A DNA stretch of 64,000 nt, from positions 86,910 through 150,909 of the forward strand of contig JANXBU010000005.1 in the NCBI GenBank assembly GCA_025060505.1, written 5' to 3'. The DNA is from Candidatus Calescibacterium sp. Its GTDB lineage: Bacteria; Calescibacteriota; Calescibacteriia; Calescibacteriales; Calescibacteriaceae. Made by a program: the position numbers and the translations under genes. The notes under the pieces are model-generated. The model ran no database searches, was not told the origin of the DNA, and saw only the letters and a list, made by a program, of their open reading frames with translations. The first letter of the stretch is position 1, and every line of letters begins with the position of its first letter. This document shows, one piece after another, positions 47,793 through 57,454 of this stretch.

Positions 47793-50219
47793 TTACCTGT
47801 ACGGATAATTCTCCAAGACTCCTATCGTAGCAATTCCTTTCCAAATAGTCCTGTGCAATAAAGCATTATCTGTTAGAACTTTTCCATCTTTGTTTTTGAC
47901 AACGCCTCCCTCTCCTTTATAAAACCTCAAAACACCGGAAAAAGTAGGATCTGGGAAAAGAAAATAGATCGTATCTATTACCTCTTCGCTATCTCCACCA
48001 TAGACACCAGTTCTACACAAAATTCCACCTGCTCCTATTGTATTTTTGGGATCTACCTTACCATCTGGCCAGTAGTGTTCGGAATCACATATATCAAACT
48101 TGTTGTTACCCACAACAGCCAAATTATCGCAATTACCCCCTTTACCGTTCATGATACCAAAGTCATCATTCCATAACTCAGTTATATCACCCTTATCTGG
48201 AATTTTGTTACCGTTTCTATCTTTCCAATCAAAAAGAAAATTTCCTTCCGTACCAAAGTCAAAATCATCTATACCCGACCCAACAAATTTAATACAGTCT
48301 CTTTCTGACTGTGGTTCTTCACCGCTGTTTTTTCTTTCCCAAGCTGTATAAGCTTCTTGGTTAGCACACTTTCCATCTCCATCTGTATCAACACCATCTG
48401 TTTCATTTAATCCAATATCATCTTTTTCTGGGTCAGAGTTAGAAAGAGGATGGTATCCTGAGTAATCCCATGAAAATTTTCCATCTAATCCTGTATCCGA
48501 AAACATCTCCGTATCTCTCTGAATAATTATATCTTTCTTATTCGGATCCCAGCGTGGAAGCATATCTCTTAGAGATGTTGGAGAAACGAAAAATTCCCAT
48601 AATCTCACCTCCGGAAAAGATATACCAAGAGAACACAATAGGTCTCTTAAAGATTCATTTGATTGACCAATAATTCTTCCTATATCAAGAACTCCTCCAA
48701 CTAAATTTTGAGCTATGATGTCAAAAACCTTTCGTTGAAATATGATTTGATAGAGCAAACTTCCCGTACTACCAGAGATATTAAGAAATAGACCATCTTC
48801 ATTCCCCGTAAATTTTATTTTTTCGGTACCAATCATTTCTCCTATATCATATCTTTTATTCCCTTCACCTTCATCTGCGGCAGACCATGCTGAATTCCAT
48901 TCACCATTTCCATTCAAATCAAGGTAAGGTTCATTGTTATCTCTTTTGTTGTCTGAATTTATGTCAGCATAGGGATCTCCTGCATCCCCGGGACAAATTT
49001 TATCCTTACCGCAATCCCAGTATCTTATAATATCGTCAGTCTGGTCATCTCTTTCCTCTTTTAGAGAATCGAACATTCTTTGAACATTTCTGAAACCGTT
49101 ATAAAGCGCAGACTGAGCCTGCTTCAAGCGAGAATACGCGTCAACAGAGAGTCCTAAAAAAGCGGGATTAGAAACAAGATAGTTTATAAATTCCTCAGCA
49201 ATTATACGATTAAGAGGAACTCCCTGCTCTATTCTCTGGGAAGCTTTTGGAGGTAAATCCAACAAGAATTCAATAGATAAATTAAGAGAAAGTATTATAT
49301 CAAAGACACCAGCAATAAATTCAACAAATGATGTAAGAAAATAAAAATCTGTTAGATCGTGCTCCCCGCTCAGATTCAGATATAGTTTTTCAACAATATC
49401 TGATTCTGGAAAATCTCTTATAACATAAATTTGAAGATTTTTAACCCTAAAAGAAAAATCAGAAGGTAAGGAACCAGAGTTTATTATTGCTTCAAGGTCT
49501 TGTCTTGCAGGTTTAACTCCGGTATCTATTATAATCAGAATGTCATTTTTCGTCAGTGTTCCCGTAAAATATTCAACAACGAGATTCTGAAGTTCAGAAA
49601 GTATAGCTACCACCTTTCCAAGAGTCAGAGCATAAACTGCCTCAGCATCACATGAATTTTCGACGTTTACATAAGCCTGTAAGGAAAGAAGAGCGGAAGA
49701 GAGTTTCTGCAAAACTTCTCTGTCTTGAGTTCTATCTACTCCAATAATAAGAACATCGTTCTTGAAGATGTCAAGAGCCCTTTGAACTTCATCAGATCTC
49801 TTGATATCTGATCTAGAGATAGAAAAATTTAAATTGAACTGCTCAATCTCGTTTCCATCTACACCAATGACCCTGAATAATAAGTTTTCATTTCCGTCTT
49901 GACAGAATACTATATTCAAATCTGTTCCCACTCCAAGTAGATTTTCACCTTTTTTCCACTCAAATGAACAGTCTGAGCAGTCTTTATTCTTCCCTTTATA
50001 TCTTATAGATAATTTTTTTCCCGTTGGTATGGTCTGACTCTGAGGATCTACTCTAGTTTCTCTATCTGTTCCAGAATATATTACGAAATCAAAGACACCA
50101 CTTTGGCTGTTCTCCTGATTATCGCCTCCACCGCATGAGATACCTGAAAAGAAAACAAAAGATAGAGCAAAAAGGTATAAGAATAGATTTATACTGTTGC
50201 CTCTACTATTTTGAGTCAT
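47793..50219 (-). CDS. Large lipoprotein with thrombospondin-type-3-like Ca-binding Asp-rich repeats
   Basis: 808 aa. Lipobox FFSGISCGGG. Asp-rich repeats: DINSDNKRDNNEPYLDLNGNGEWN, ETDGVDTDGDGKCANQ, WKDRNGNKIPDKGD. Confidence 0.5.
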   Translation of the reverse strand: MTQNSRGNSINLFLYLFALSFVFFSGISCGGGDNQENSQSGVFDFVIYSGTDRETRVDPQSQTIPTGKKLSIRYKGKNKDCSDCSFEWKKGENLLGVGTDLNIVFCQDGNENLLFRVIGVDGNEIEQFNLNFSISRSDIKRSDEVQRALDIFKNDVLIIGVDRTQDREVLQKLSSALLSLQAYVNVENSCDAEAVYALTLGKVVAILSELQNLVVEYFTGTLTKNDILIIIDTGVKPARQDLEAIINSGSLPSDFSFRVKNLQIYVIRDFPESDIVEKLYLNLSGEHDLTDFYFLTSFVEFIAGVFDIILSLNLSIEFLLDLPPKASQRIEQGVPLNRIIAEEFINYLVSNPAFLGLSVDAYSRLKQAQSALYNGFRNVQRMFDSLKEERDDQTDDIIRYWDCGKDKICPGDAGDPYADINSDNKRDNNEPYLDLNGNGEWNSAWSAADEGEGNKRYDIGEMIGTEKIKFTGNEDGLFLNISGSTGSLLYQIIFQRKVFDIIAQNLVGGVLDIGRIIGQSNESLRDLLCSLGISFPEVRLWEFFVSPTSLRDMLPRWDPNKKDIIIQRDTEMFSDTGLDGKFSWDYSGYHPLSNSDPEKDDIGLNETDGVDTDGDGKCANQEAYTAWERKNSGEEPQSERDCIKFVGSGIDDFDFGTEGNFLFDWKDRNGNKIPDKGDITELWNDDFGIMNGKGGNCDNLAVVGNNKFDICDSEHYWPDGKVDPKNTIGAGGILCRTGVYGGDSEEVIDTIYFLFPDPTFSGVLRFYKGEGGVVKNKDGKVLTDNALLHRTIWKGIATIGVLENYPYR

Positions 50220-50338
50220 AATATAGTTTTATGGATTTTGATGTTGATTTTGCAAGTTTTCTGTAATGTTGTTTTATGAATAGAGTATGAGGGGAGGTAA
50301 GAGCAATTGAAATTTTTCCTTTTCCTCCCCTCATTATA

Positions 50339-50716
50339 TTATTGTGGCTGAGCTGGAGAAGGAGGTGTTGCCGCCTCTGGAGCTGCTTGTTGCTGCTCTT
50401 GAGCCTTTGCTGCCTCTTCCTCCTTCTTCTTTTCTTCTATTTTCTGCTTAAGAGTTGGAGCTAGCGATATTATAGAAGAAAGAAGCTCACGGGCTTCCTT
50501 GTACTGTCTTCTATCTACCTTTGCCTGAGCATCCTCCAACTTAGATTTCAATGCTTGCCACTCGTCTGGAATATATTGAGGAGCTCCCATCTCCTCAAGC
50601 TCCTTAACCGCTCCCTGAGCGTCCTGTAGTTCCTTCTCCGGCTTCTTCTCACAGTAAGAAAAGACAAGACCGAAAAGCGCCAAAACTAAAGAGTTATATA
50701 TTATGCCTTTTTTCAT
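50339..50716 (-). CDS. Small secreted/lipo-protein, coiled-coil with Ala/Gln/Pro-rich C-terminal tail
   Basis: 125 aa. Signal with Cys (LVFSYCEKK). Heptad-like charged helix. Tail ...AAKAQEQQQAAPEAATPPSPAQPQ. Confidence 0.45.
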   Translation of the reverse strand: MKKGIIYNSLVLALFGLVFSYCEKKPEKELQDAQGAVKELEEMGAPQYIPDEWQALKSKLEDAQAKVDRRQYKEARELLSSIISLAPTLKQKIEEKKKEEEAAKAQEQQQAAPEAATPPSPAQPQ

Positions 50717-50810
50717 GTAATTTTACCTCCTTATTTTATAAATTATTTTGATTTTGCAAATAGCACATTTCTTTTTCTCTTTTTTCAGATTTTTATAGAT
50801 TTTTAAATTT

Positions 50811-51644
50811 TCAAGCAAAATCCTTGAAAAAACCATCCAAATTGCTGAAAAATTCCTGAGTCATACCAGAAAATGAAAATGGAACTTTGACAACATTAAA
50901 ACCTAAGTCTATAAATTTCTGATAAAATTTCTCTGAACTTTCCGAAAAAAATTTTTCAAAAGAAAGCATATCCTTAAACTCCTGTCTTTCCTTTTCGTTT
51001 AGCTTTCCCTCAATTAAAATCATTTCTATCCAATCTAAATCTTGCTCCAGTAAATTCCTACGGTAAAACTTATTCAAAAATACCGTATCAAGATTTAGTC
51101 CATATTCTCTGGCAGAAGTAATAAACTCTTCAGATTCTTCATAAACAATTTGCTCTGGAACTGAAACAAGTATTAATCTTAAATTTTTCACAAAATCATA
51201 CATTTTCTCAAAATCAGACCTGACAACTCCGCCCACATCAGATTTGAGTCCTGCCTCTGGTATTTTCAACATAGATAGAATCTGACCTGTTGGAAAAGCA
51301 TCAAAAACATAAAAATCATATTTTTTGTTATAAAAATCATACCACATCTTTCCAAGAATAATGAGCTCAGAAAATCCTGGGATAAGCCGAGAAAAAACTC
51401 GGAAAATAGAAGATCTTGAAAGCGGATACCAAAGAAAAAACGGAAGCTTGATTTTCAAATATTCCTTAGATTCTTCCTCAACATCAAGATAATACATCTT
51501 AACTCTACGATCTACAAATCTATAAACTGGTGATACTGAGTAGTGATAAAGAACGGTGCTCCCTTTATAGGAAAGATAATTTGCAAGAAGAACCGAGCAA
51601 GTTGATTTACCAACTCCTCCCTTCCCGGTTATTATAAAAAACAT
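50811..51644 (-). CDS. ArsA/Get3-family P-loop ATPase (anion-transporting-ATPase-like)
   Basis: 277 aa. Deviant Walker A GKGGVGKST. ArsA/Get3 switch-II-like DAFPTGQILSML (cf. DTAPTGHTLRLL). Confidence 0.6.
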   Translation of the reverse strand: MFFIITGKGGVGKSTCSVLLANYLSYKGSTVLYHYSVSPVYRFVDRRVKMYYLDVEEESKEYLKIKLPFFLWYPLSRSSIFRVFSRLIPGFSELIILGKMWYDFYNKKYDFYVFDAFPTGQILSMLKIPEAGLKSDVGGVVRSDFEKMYDFVKNLRLILVSVPEQIVYEESEEFITSAREYGLNLDTVFLNKFYRRNLLEQDLDWIEMILIEGKLNEKERQEFKDMLSFEKFFSESSEKFYQKFIDLGFNVVKVPFSFSGMTQEFFSNLDGFFKDFA

Positions 51645-51673
51645 TTAAGACAACAAGATATTGAGAAAAAATC

Positions 51674-51748
51674 TGGTGCGCCTGGTGGGACTTGAACCCA
51701 CGACCTCCGGATCCGCAATCCGGCGTTCTTCCACTGAACTACAGGCGC
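51674..51748 (-). tRNA. tRNA-Arg (anticodon GCG by my reading)
   Basis: The rc reads GCGCCTGTAGTTCAGTGGAAGAACGCCGGATTGCGGATCCGGAGGTCGTGGGTTCAAGTCCCACCAGGCGCACCA. It folds as a 7-bp acceptor, D-stem GTTC/GAAC, anticodon stem CCGGA/TCCGG with loop TTGCGGA, T-stem GTGGG/CCCAC with TTCAAGT loop, and an encoded CCA. Confidence 0.8.
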
Positions 51749-52029
51749 TCAAACTCTATTGTAATGAATTAATACAAAAATACAATTTAATACAAAAAAT
51801 CTTTGTGACTAAATAAATAGTTTGCCAAAGAATCCTATACAATACCCCATCATCGCCCAGAAATAGTGTGATGAATTGCGCAATAAACCGTTATAAATTT
51901 TCCAGAATTCTCGTTATCTCATAATCTTGAAAAATCGGATAAAACAAAAGAATATTCTAAACTCAAAGATATTTCGTAACTTCTATAACAAATAAACATA
52001 AACTAGCATAATTAAAATGAATAGTCAAT

Positions 52030-54759
52030 CTACATAGAAACAAATTCAAGACACCTTTTGCATAGCTGATCTTTGTTATTTTTTTGCTCATGATATTTCC
52101 AACACCTTGGACACTTCACAGCATCTTCATACTTCTCAAGAACAAAAGATTTATCTGTATCAAACTTTTCAGAAAAAATCTCAACTTTTGAAATTATAAA
52201 AAGCTCCTCCAAAATCTTTTCTTGATTTTCAATGTTTCGTGTAAGATCAGGTGGAACGAAAACTTTGGCCTTCAGTTCAAGAGAGCTACCCACCTTACCA
52301 CTTTTTCTCATTGAATCTGCTATTTCGTTTATCTTCTCACGAATCTCAAGAGAATATTTAAAGAACTCCGATATACCGGTTATATCAAGTTCATTCTTGC
52401 TCAAAACGGAAGAAACGAGGTTGTTTTCAAATCTCTCAAGAAAGACACTCTTTTTCTTCTTAAAACCAAACACCTCTGGTATTTTCTGATAAGCCTCCTC
52501 AGCAAGAAAAGAGAAAATTGGAGATATAAGAATAATCAGCGAACGCAAAATCAAAAATACTGCGTACTGCGCACCTTTTCTCCTCTCTGAAGTTTTAGAA
52601 TCACAGTATATAGTATCTTTTATAACATCAAGGTAGATTCTTGAAAGAGTTCTATCGCAGAAACTGTGTATTCTTCTGACGATCTTGTGGTACTGCATAT
52701 GTTTGTAATCTTCAAGAACTTCCTTTTCAAACTCAGATGTAGAAAAAAGAATGTATCTATCTATTTCGTTAAAAACCTTCGGTTTTTCCTGGGGATTGTC
52801 TCCAAGAACACCTAGCATAAATCTTATTGTGTTTCTGACCTTCCTGTAAATGTCTTTGACTTCCGATAAAATTTTCTCAGATATTTTTACATCCTCCGAT
52901 GGATCAGAATACACACTCCATATTCTTACTATCTCTGCTCCATCTTCCTTTATTATGTCCTCCGGAGATACAACATTTCCGAGAGATTTTGACATTTTTC
53001 TTTTGAACTCATCAAGAATGAAGCCATGCGTAAAAACAGATCTATATGGTGCTTTTCCTTGTAGCAAATATGAAAGAATTAAGGAGCTCTGAAACCAACC
53101 CCTATGCTGATCTGTTCCTTCTATGTATATATCAGCCACGTCTGAGATTTTCAAAACATCTGAAGCATAAAGAAAACTTAAACCCGAGTCTATCCAAACA
53201 TCAAGTATATCTTTCCCCTTTTCAAACTCAGTTCCGCCACACCTTGAACACTTGAAACCTTCGGGAAGAAATTCATAAACAGGTTTTCTCCACCATGATG
53301 AACCATCTCCATCAAGAGTATCTTTTATAATTCTTTGAGCAACAAAGTCGCTCCATATATATTCTGAACAGCTTTTGCACTTGACATATGGAATAGGACA
53401 TCCCCAGAACCTCTGACGAGATATGCACCAATCTGGTCTTGATAAGACAGCAGAAGAAATCCTCCTCTTTCCCTCCGGAGGAATCCAATTTACCTTCTCT
53501 ATTTCTCTGATAAGATCTTCTTTTATATCGCTTACTTTTATAAACCACTGCTTTGTCGCTCTGAAAACTATAGGATTTTTACACCTCCAACAGTGTGGAT
53601 ACGAATGCTGATATTTCCCTGCTTTAAAAAGGAGGCCCGAGCTTCTCAGATCCTCTACTACACTTTCATTGATTTTCTCATAGAACAATCCTTCATATTT
53701 CATAGAATCCCTAGTGCCTTTCCCAAACTCATCAAGAACACTGACAACAGGAATATTATACTTTATTCCAACCGAAAAATCTTCATCTCCATGACCCGGA
53801 GCTATGTGAACTATACCTGTTCCCTCTTCCTCGCTCACAAAATCTGCTATAACGCCGACCGAATCTCTATGGAATATAGGATGTGAGAAAACTTTTCCTT
53901 CAAACTCCTGACCATTCAATTCAAGAACAATCTCGCACTCACCAAGAGCATCTTTTAGCTTTTCCGCTACTATAAAATTCTGAGAGTCCCTTTTGGCTAC
54001 AACATATTTTATAGAGGAACCAAAAGCCAAAGCAAAATTGCCAGGAATAGTCCAGGGAGTAGTTGTCCAAACCAAAGCAAAAAGGTTATCGAATTTTTTA
54101 CCTTTCAGTTCAGAGAATTTAGCAGGAAAAAGAACATATATTGAAGGTGAAGTTTTATCTTTGTATTCAACCTCTGCTTCAGCCAGAGCAGTAACACAAT
54201 GAGGACACCAGAACACGGGCTTGAAATGATCATATATCTTGCCCTTCTTCCAGATCTCATTTATCGCAGAAACTATAAGTGCTTCATAGTCAGGAGACAT
54301 CGTGATGTATGGCTTATCCCACGATCCGAAAACTCCAAGCCTAATGAAATCTTTTTTCTGTATCTCTATGAACTCTTGCGCGTATTTTCGTGAGAGTTCT
54401 CTTATCTCTGTTGGAGATATATTCTTTCCATATTTTTTTTCTACCTCTTTTTCTATGGGTAGACCATGGCAGTCCCAACCCGGGACAAAAAAGACCTTTT
54501 TTCCGTCCAAAATGTTGAACTTAACGGTAATGTCCTTTATGATTTTGTTCAAAGCATGTCCCAAATGGATTTTACCGTTAGCATATGGCGGACCATCATG
54601 TAGGAAGAAAACCTGATCTCGCTGTTCTTTCTGAGTTTTCTCAAATATCTTTTCATTCTGCCAAAATTCTATAAAAGCAGGTTCCGTACTCGGTAGATTC
54701 GCCTTCATCTGAAACTCTGTTTTTGGAAGAAAAATAGTTGATTTGTAATCCGTACTCAT
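52030..54759 (-). CDS. ileS: Isoleucyl-tRNA synthetase
   Basis: 909 aa. HIGH region PPYANGKIHLGHALNK, KMSKS motif, editing domain, C-terminal Zn-finger CPRCWKYHEQ...CKRC. Confidence 0.9.
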   Translation of the reverse strand: MSTDYKSTIFLPKTEFQMKANLPSTEPAFIEFWQNEKIFEKTQKEQRDQVFFLHDGPPYANGKIHLGHALNKIIKDITVKFNILDGKKVFFVPGWDCHGLPIEKEVEKKYGKNISPTEIRELSRKYAQEFIEIQKKDFIRLGVFGSWDKPYITMSPDYEALIVSAINEIWKKGKIYDHFKPVFWCPHCVTALAEAEVEYKDKTSPSIYVLFPAKFSELKGKKFDNLFALVWTTTPWTIPGNFALAFGSSIKYVVAKRDSQNFIVAEKLKDALGECEIVLELNGQEFEGKVFSHPIFHRDSVGVIADFVSEEEGTGIVHIAPGHGDEDFSVGIKYNIPVVSVLDEFGKGTRDSMKYEGLFYEKINESVVEDLRSSGLLFKAGKYQHSYPHCWRCKNPIVFRATKQWFIKVSDIKEDLIREIEKVNWIPPEGKRRISSAVLSRPDWCISRQRFWGCPIPYVKCKSCSEYIWSDFVAQRIIKDTLDGDGSSWWRKPVYEFLPEGFKCSRCGGTEFEKGKDILDVWIDSGLSFLYASDVLKISDVADIYIEGTDQHRGWFQSSLILSYLLQGKAPYRSVFTHGFILDEFKRKMSKSLGNVVSPEDIIKEDGAEIVRIWSVYSDPSEDVKISEKILSEVKDIYRKVRNTIRFMLGVLGDNPQEKPKVFNEIDRYILFSTSEFEKEVLEDYKHMQYHKIVRRIHSFCDRTLSRIYLDVIKDTIYCDSKTSERRKGAQYAVFLILRSLIILISPIFSFLAEEAYQKIPEVFGFKKKKSVFLERFENNLVSSVLSKNELDITGISEFFKYSLEIREKINEIADSMRKSGKVGSSLELKAKVFVPPDLTRNIENQEKILEELFIISKVEIFSEKFDTDKSFVLEKYEDAVKCPRCWKYHEQKNNKDQLCKRCLEFVSM

Positions 54760-55073
54760 TGATTTTTTATTATTAATAACTGATTTACTCCAAAGTATTT
54801 TTTCACATAAGAGTTAGAAAAATCTAATCATTTCTTCGCGGTCGTAGATTTTTGTTGTGTTTTGGTCTTTTGCCTTAATTTTCAGGGAATAATCAATGTT
54901 CGTGAAAAAATGGCTTTGTTGTTGAGAAGATAAGTTATATCTATCTGCTGTGTCCAGTAATGCTCTCTGATGTCTGATATTCAGCTACTTCAGAATTTGA
55001 GTCTGACATTTTATAAAACCATCACAAATCAGGTACGAAATTATTAGGCAATTTTTGGACACAGTAATATCTA

Positions 55074-55514
55074 TCAAGTTTTTATCAGTTCGACCTTTCC
55101 GCCAGCCTGTTCTATTTTTTTTCTTGCGGGTTCAGATATTGCATGAACCCTTACAGAAATTTGCCTTGAAATTTCGCCGTCACCGAGTATCTTTACAGGC
55201 TTTGATTTGGAATCTATCAAACCAGCCTGCCAGAGAATCTGTGGATCGATCTCGGAAAAGTTTAACTTATTGAGATCCTTCAGATTCACTATTTGATATA
55301 TATTCGGAAATTTTGATCTGAATCCTCTTTTTGGAACCCTTCTTATAAAAGGGGTCTGCCCTCCCTCAAATCGTGGTGGAGGTGTTGTTCCCTTTTGTCC
55401 CTGTCCCTTATGCCCTCTTCCAGATGTTTTACCGTGCGTGCCGTATCCTCTCCCAACTCTCTTCTTTTTATGTGTCGCTCCCTTTGGAGGCTTCAAATTC
55501 TCAAGAATACCCAT
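55074..55514 (-). CDS. rplO: 50S ribosomal protein L15
   Basis: 146 aa. KRVGRGYGTHGKTSGRGHKGQGQ...RFEGGQTPFIRRVPKRGF aligns with bacterial L15 (E. coli: [25 protein letters not shown]...GFEGGQMPLYRRLPKFGF). Confidence 0.85.
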   Translation of the reverse strand: MGILENLKPPKGATHKKKRVGRGYGTHGKTSGRGHKGQGQKGTTPPPRFEGGQTPFIRRVPKRGFRSKFPNIYQIVNLKDLNKLNFSEIDPQILWQAGLIDSKSKPVKILGDGEISRQISVRVHAISEPARKKIEQAGGKVELIKT

Positions 55515-55613
55515 AAGTCTTCTATATAGAAAGTGTCCGGTAGCTTTTTATTTTTTTCTGAATGTTTTTAGACATACAAAATTTGATTGGCTTGAAACTT
55601 GTAAAATCCAGAT

Positions 55614-56825
55614 TCAAACCACCAGCGATTCATTAAATCTTATTGCTTCTTCGTACAAGGAAATAAGCCTTTTGTAAGCTGTGTCTTCTGTGTAATTCCT
55701 TGCAAACTCTTTGATTGAATTTTCACTTAGGTACCTGATAAGCTCATCTCTGCCAAAAACTTCTCTTACCTTCCGAGCTATAGCACTGGGCTCCGGATCG
55801 AAGAAGAAACCAGTTTTACCTTCTACAACTATATCCTCAAAAGCACCTATTTTACTTGCAAGAACAGGTGTTCCAACAGCGTAAGATTCAATAATTGATC
55901 TGCCAAAAACTTCATAACATATAGATGGAACTACTGTAAAACTCGCTTTTGCCATAAGCTCCACAAGATCTTTTTTCTTCACAAATCCTAGAACTTCCAG
56001 AAGTTCGTTGTTTTTTGCTCTGTCTTTTACATATCTCATAAGCCGACCGTCACCAGCTATCTTGAGCTTGATCTTTATGTTCTGCGACCTCAGAATATCC
56101 CAGGCCTCAAGCAGAGGTTTTATACCTTTTTCTTCACTCAACCTTCCAGCAAACAAAATGTAACTTTCCTTCTTAACATTTTTGAAACTGGTCTCAAATG
56201 TTTTGACAAATTCATCTTCAACATAGTTCGGTCTGACAAAAATTCTCTTTGAATCCAATCCGAACTCAGCAAATTTTCTCTTTACAAATCCAGATGGCGA
56301 AATAAAAAGTGTAATCTTTCTCGTCCAGGTTTTCAGCTTCTGATGAGCGAATATCATAAGCGAAACAGGCAACGTCTGAATCAAAGAATTTCTGTAACAT
56401 CTGTAAATAAGACCATAGATCGGAGAAGAAAAACACTTTTCACAGATTCTTGATGAACGAAGTAAAAGTCCGTTTGCACATATTATTCGGAAATCGTGAA
56501 GAGACATAACAACTGGTATCTTCATCTGAGCTCCAGCATATATAATAGATGGAGATATAAGTGGGAAAAAATTGTTTATGTGGATTATATCTGGTTTAAA
56601 ATCTTGTATTTTTTTCTTTATCTCATAGTAAGTCTTCAAAGAGAAAACGGGTTCGTAAAGCAGAGTTGCTTTCTGAAACAAATCGTAGTTCTTTATATCA
56701 TTGTTGTGTCTTGAAAAAAATAGAACTTGATTACCTTTCTTTCTCAGAAGGTTCGTGTCAAGATCTGCCATCTCATCTTCTCCGCCCCTGAACTGATAGT
56801 AGTTATGGACAAAAATTATCTTCAT
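55614..56825 (-). CDS. Glycosyltransferase family 4 (GT-B, GT1/GT4-like)
   Basis: 403 aa. MKIIFVHNYY..., ...HDF..., the GT4 EX7E-like region (...FAGRLSEEKG...), ...PSICYEVFGRSIIESYAVGTPVLASKIG... Confidence 0.8.
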   Translation of the reverse strand: MKIIFVHNYYQFRGGEDEMADLDTNLLRKKGNQVLFFSRHNNDIKNYDLFQKATLLYEPVFSLKTYYEIKKKIQDFKPDIIHINNFFPLISPSIIYAGAQMKIPVVMSLHDFRIICANGLLLRSSRICEKCFSSPIYGLIYRCYRNSLIQTLPVSLMIFAHQKLKTWTRKITLFISPSGFVKRKFAEFGLDSKRIFVRPNYVEDEFVKTFETSFKNVKKESYILFAGRLSEEKGIKPLLEAWDILRSQNIKIKLKIAGDGRLMRYVKDRAKNNELLEVLGFVKKKDLVELMAKASFTVVPSICYEVFGRSIIESYAVGTPVLASKIGAFEDIVVEGKTGFFFDPEPSAIARKVREVFGRDELIRYLSENSIKEFARNYTEDTAYKRLISLYEEAIRFNESLVV

Positions 56826-56846
56826 GTGATAAAAGTATATTTAAAC

Positions 56847-57392
56847 ATGAAAATGAAGATATTTATAACAGGTGGGATCGGTAGCGGAAAGAGCTCTTTC
56901 GCTTTACATCTTGCGGAAAAAATATCGAAGCAAAAAGGTTTTAGGAAAAAGATTTTCATAGCACCAGCGGAACCAAGAGATGAAGAAATGACCGAGAAAA
57001 TCAAAAAACATAAAGAAGAAAGAGAAAAACTTGGAAATTGGATGACCATAGAAGAGCCCTATGAAATACACAAGCAGCTGAAAGATGAATACGAAATCAT
57101 TGTTCTCGATTGCCTGACGATGTGGATAACAAATATATTCTTCAAATACCAAAGTGATACAGAGAAAATAAACTCAATAAAAAAAGAATTTATTTTGAGT
57201 CTCAAAAAATTCAAAAATGTAATTCTTATTGTTTCAAATGAAACCGGTCTTGGTATAATTCCGTCAGACAAGCAAACAAGAGAGTGGTCAAAACATTTAT
57301 CACATATTAATAGAGAAGTAGCTAAAATCTCCAATCAAGCTTATCTGATTGTTTCTGGAATACCTATAATACTCAAAGGGAATTCACTTTAG
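56847..57392 (+). CDS. cobU: Bifunctional adenosylcobinamide kinase / adenosylcobinamide-phosphate guanylyltransferase
   Basis: ORF 56727-57392. The conserved start is MKIFITGGIGSGKSSFALHLAE (P-loop) at 56847. ...IAPAEPRDEEM..., ...VLDCLTMWITN.... Confidence 0.8.
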   Translation: MKMKIFITGGIGSGKSSFALHLAEKISKQKGFRKKIFIAPAEPRDEEMTEKIKKHKEEREKLGNWMTIEEPYEIHKQLKDEYEIIVLDCLTMWITNIFFKYQSDTEKINSIKKEFILSLKKFKNVILIVSNETGLGIIPSDKQTREWSKHLSHINREVAKISNQAYLIVSGIPIILKGNSL

Positions 57393-57454
57393 GTCAAACC
57401 AGATATATAAATCAAGCTATACAAAATCTCAAAAGAACATTGAAAATTCCAGAA

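Noticed and set aside
51645-52029. tRNA-Arg as an integration hotspot or genomic island boundary
   Set aside because: No integrase, recombinase, direct repeat of the tRNA 3' end or phage genes on either side within the window. Flanking genes are ordinary chromosomal (ileS, envelope proteins).
54760-55073. Possible T-box riboswitch ahead of ileS
   Set aside because: Scanned both strands for AATTAGGGTGGNACCGCG / CGCGGTNCCACCCTAATT and found nothing resembling it. Retained only as a generic structured leader.
56727-56846. Long N-terminal extension of the cobU ORF (MITFLSQKVRVKICHLIF...) overlapping the GT4 start
   Set aside because: The conserved P-loop N-terminus MKIFITGGIGSGKS begins at 56847. 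The extension overlaps the divergent gene and is not CobU-like.
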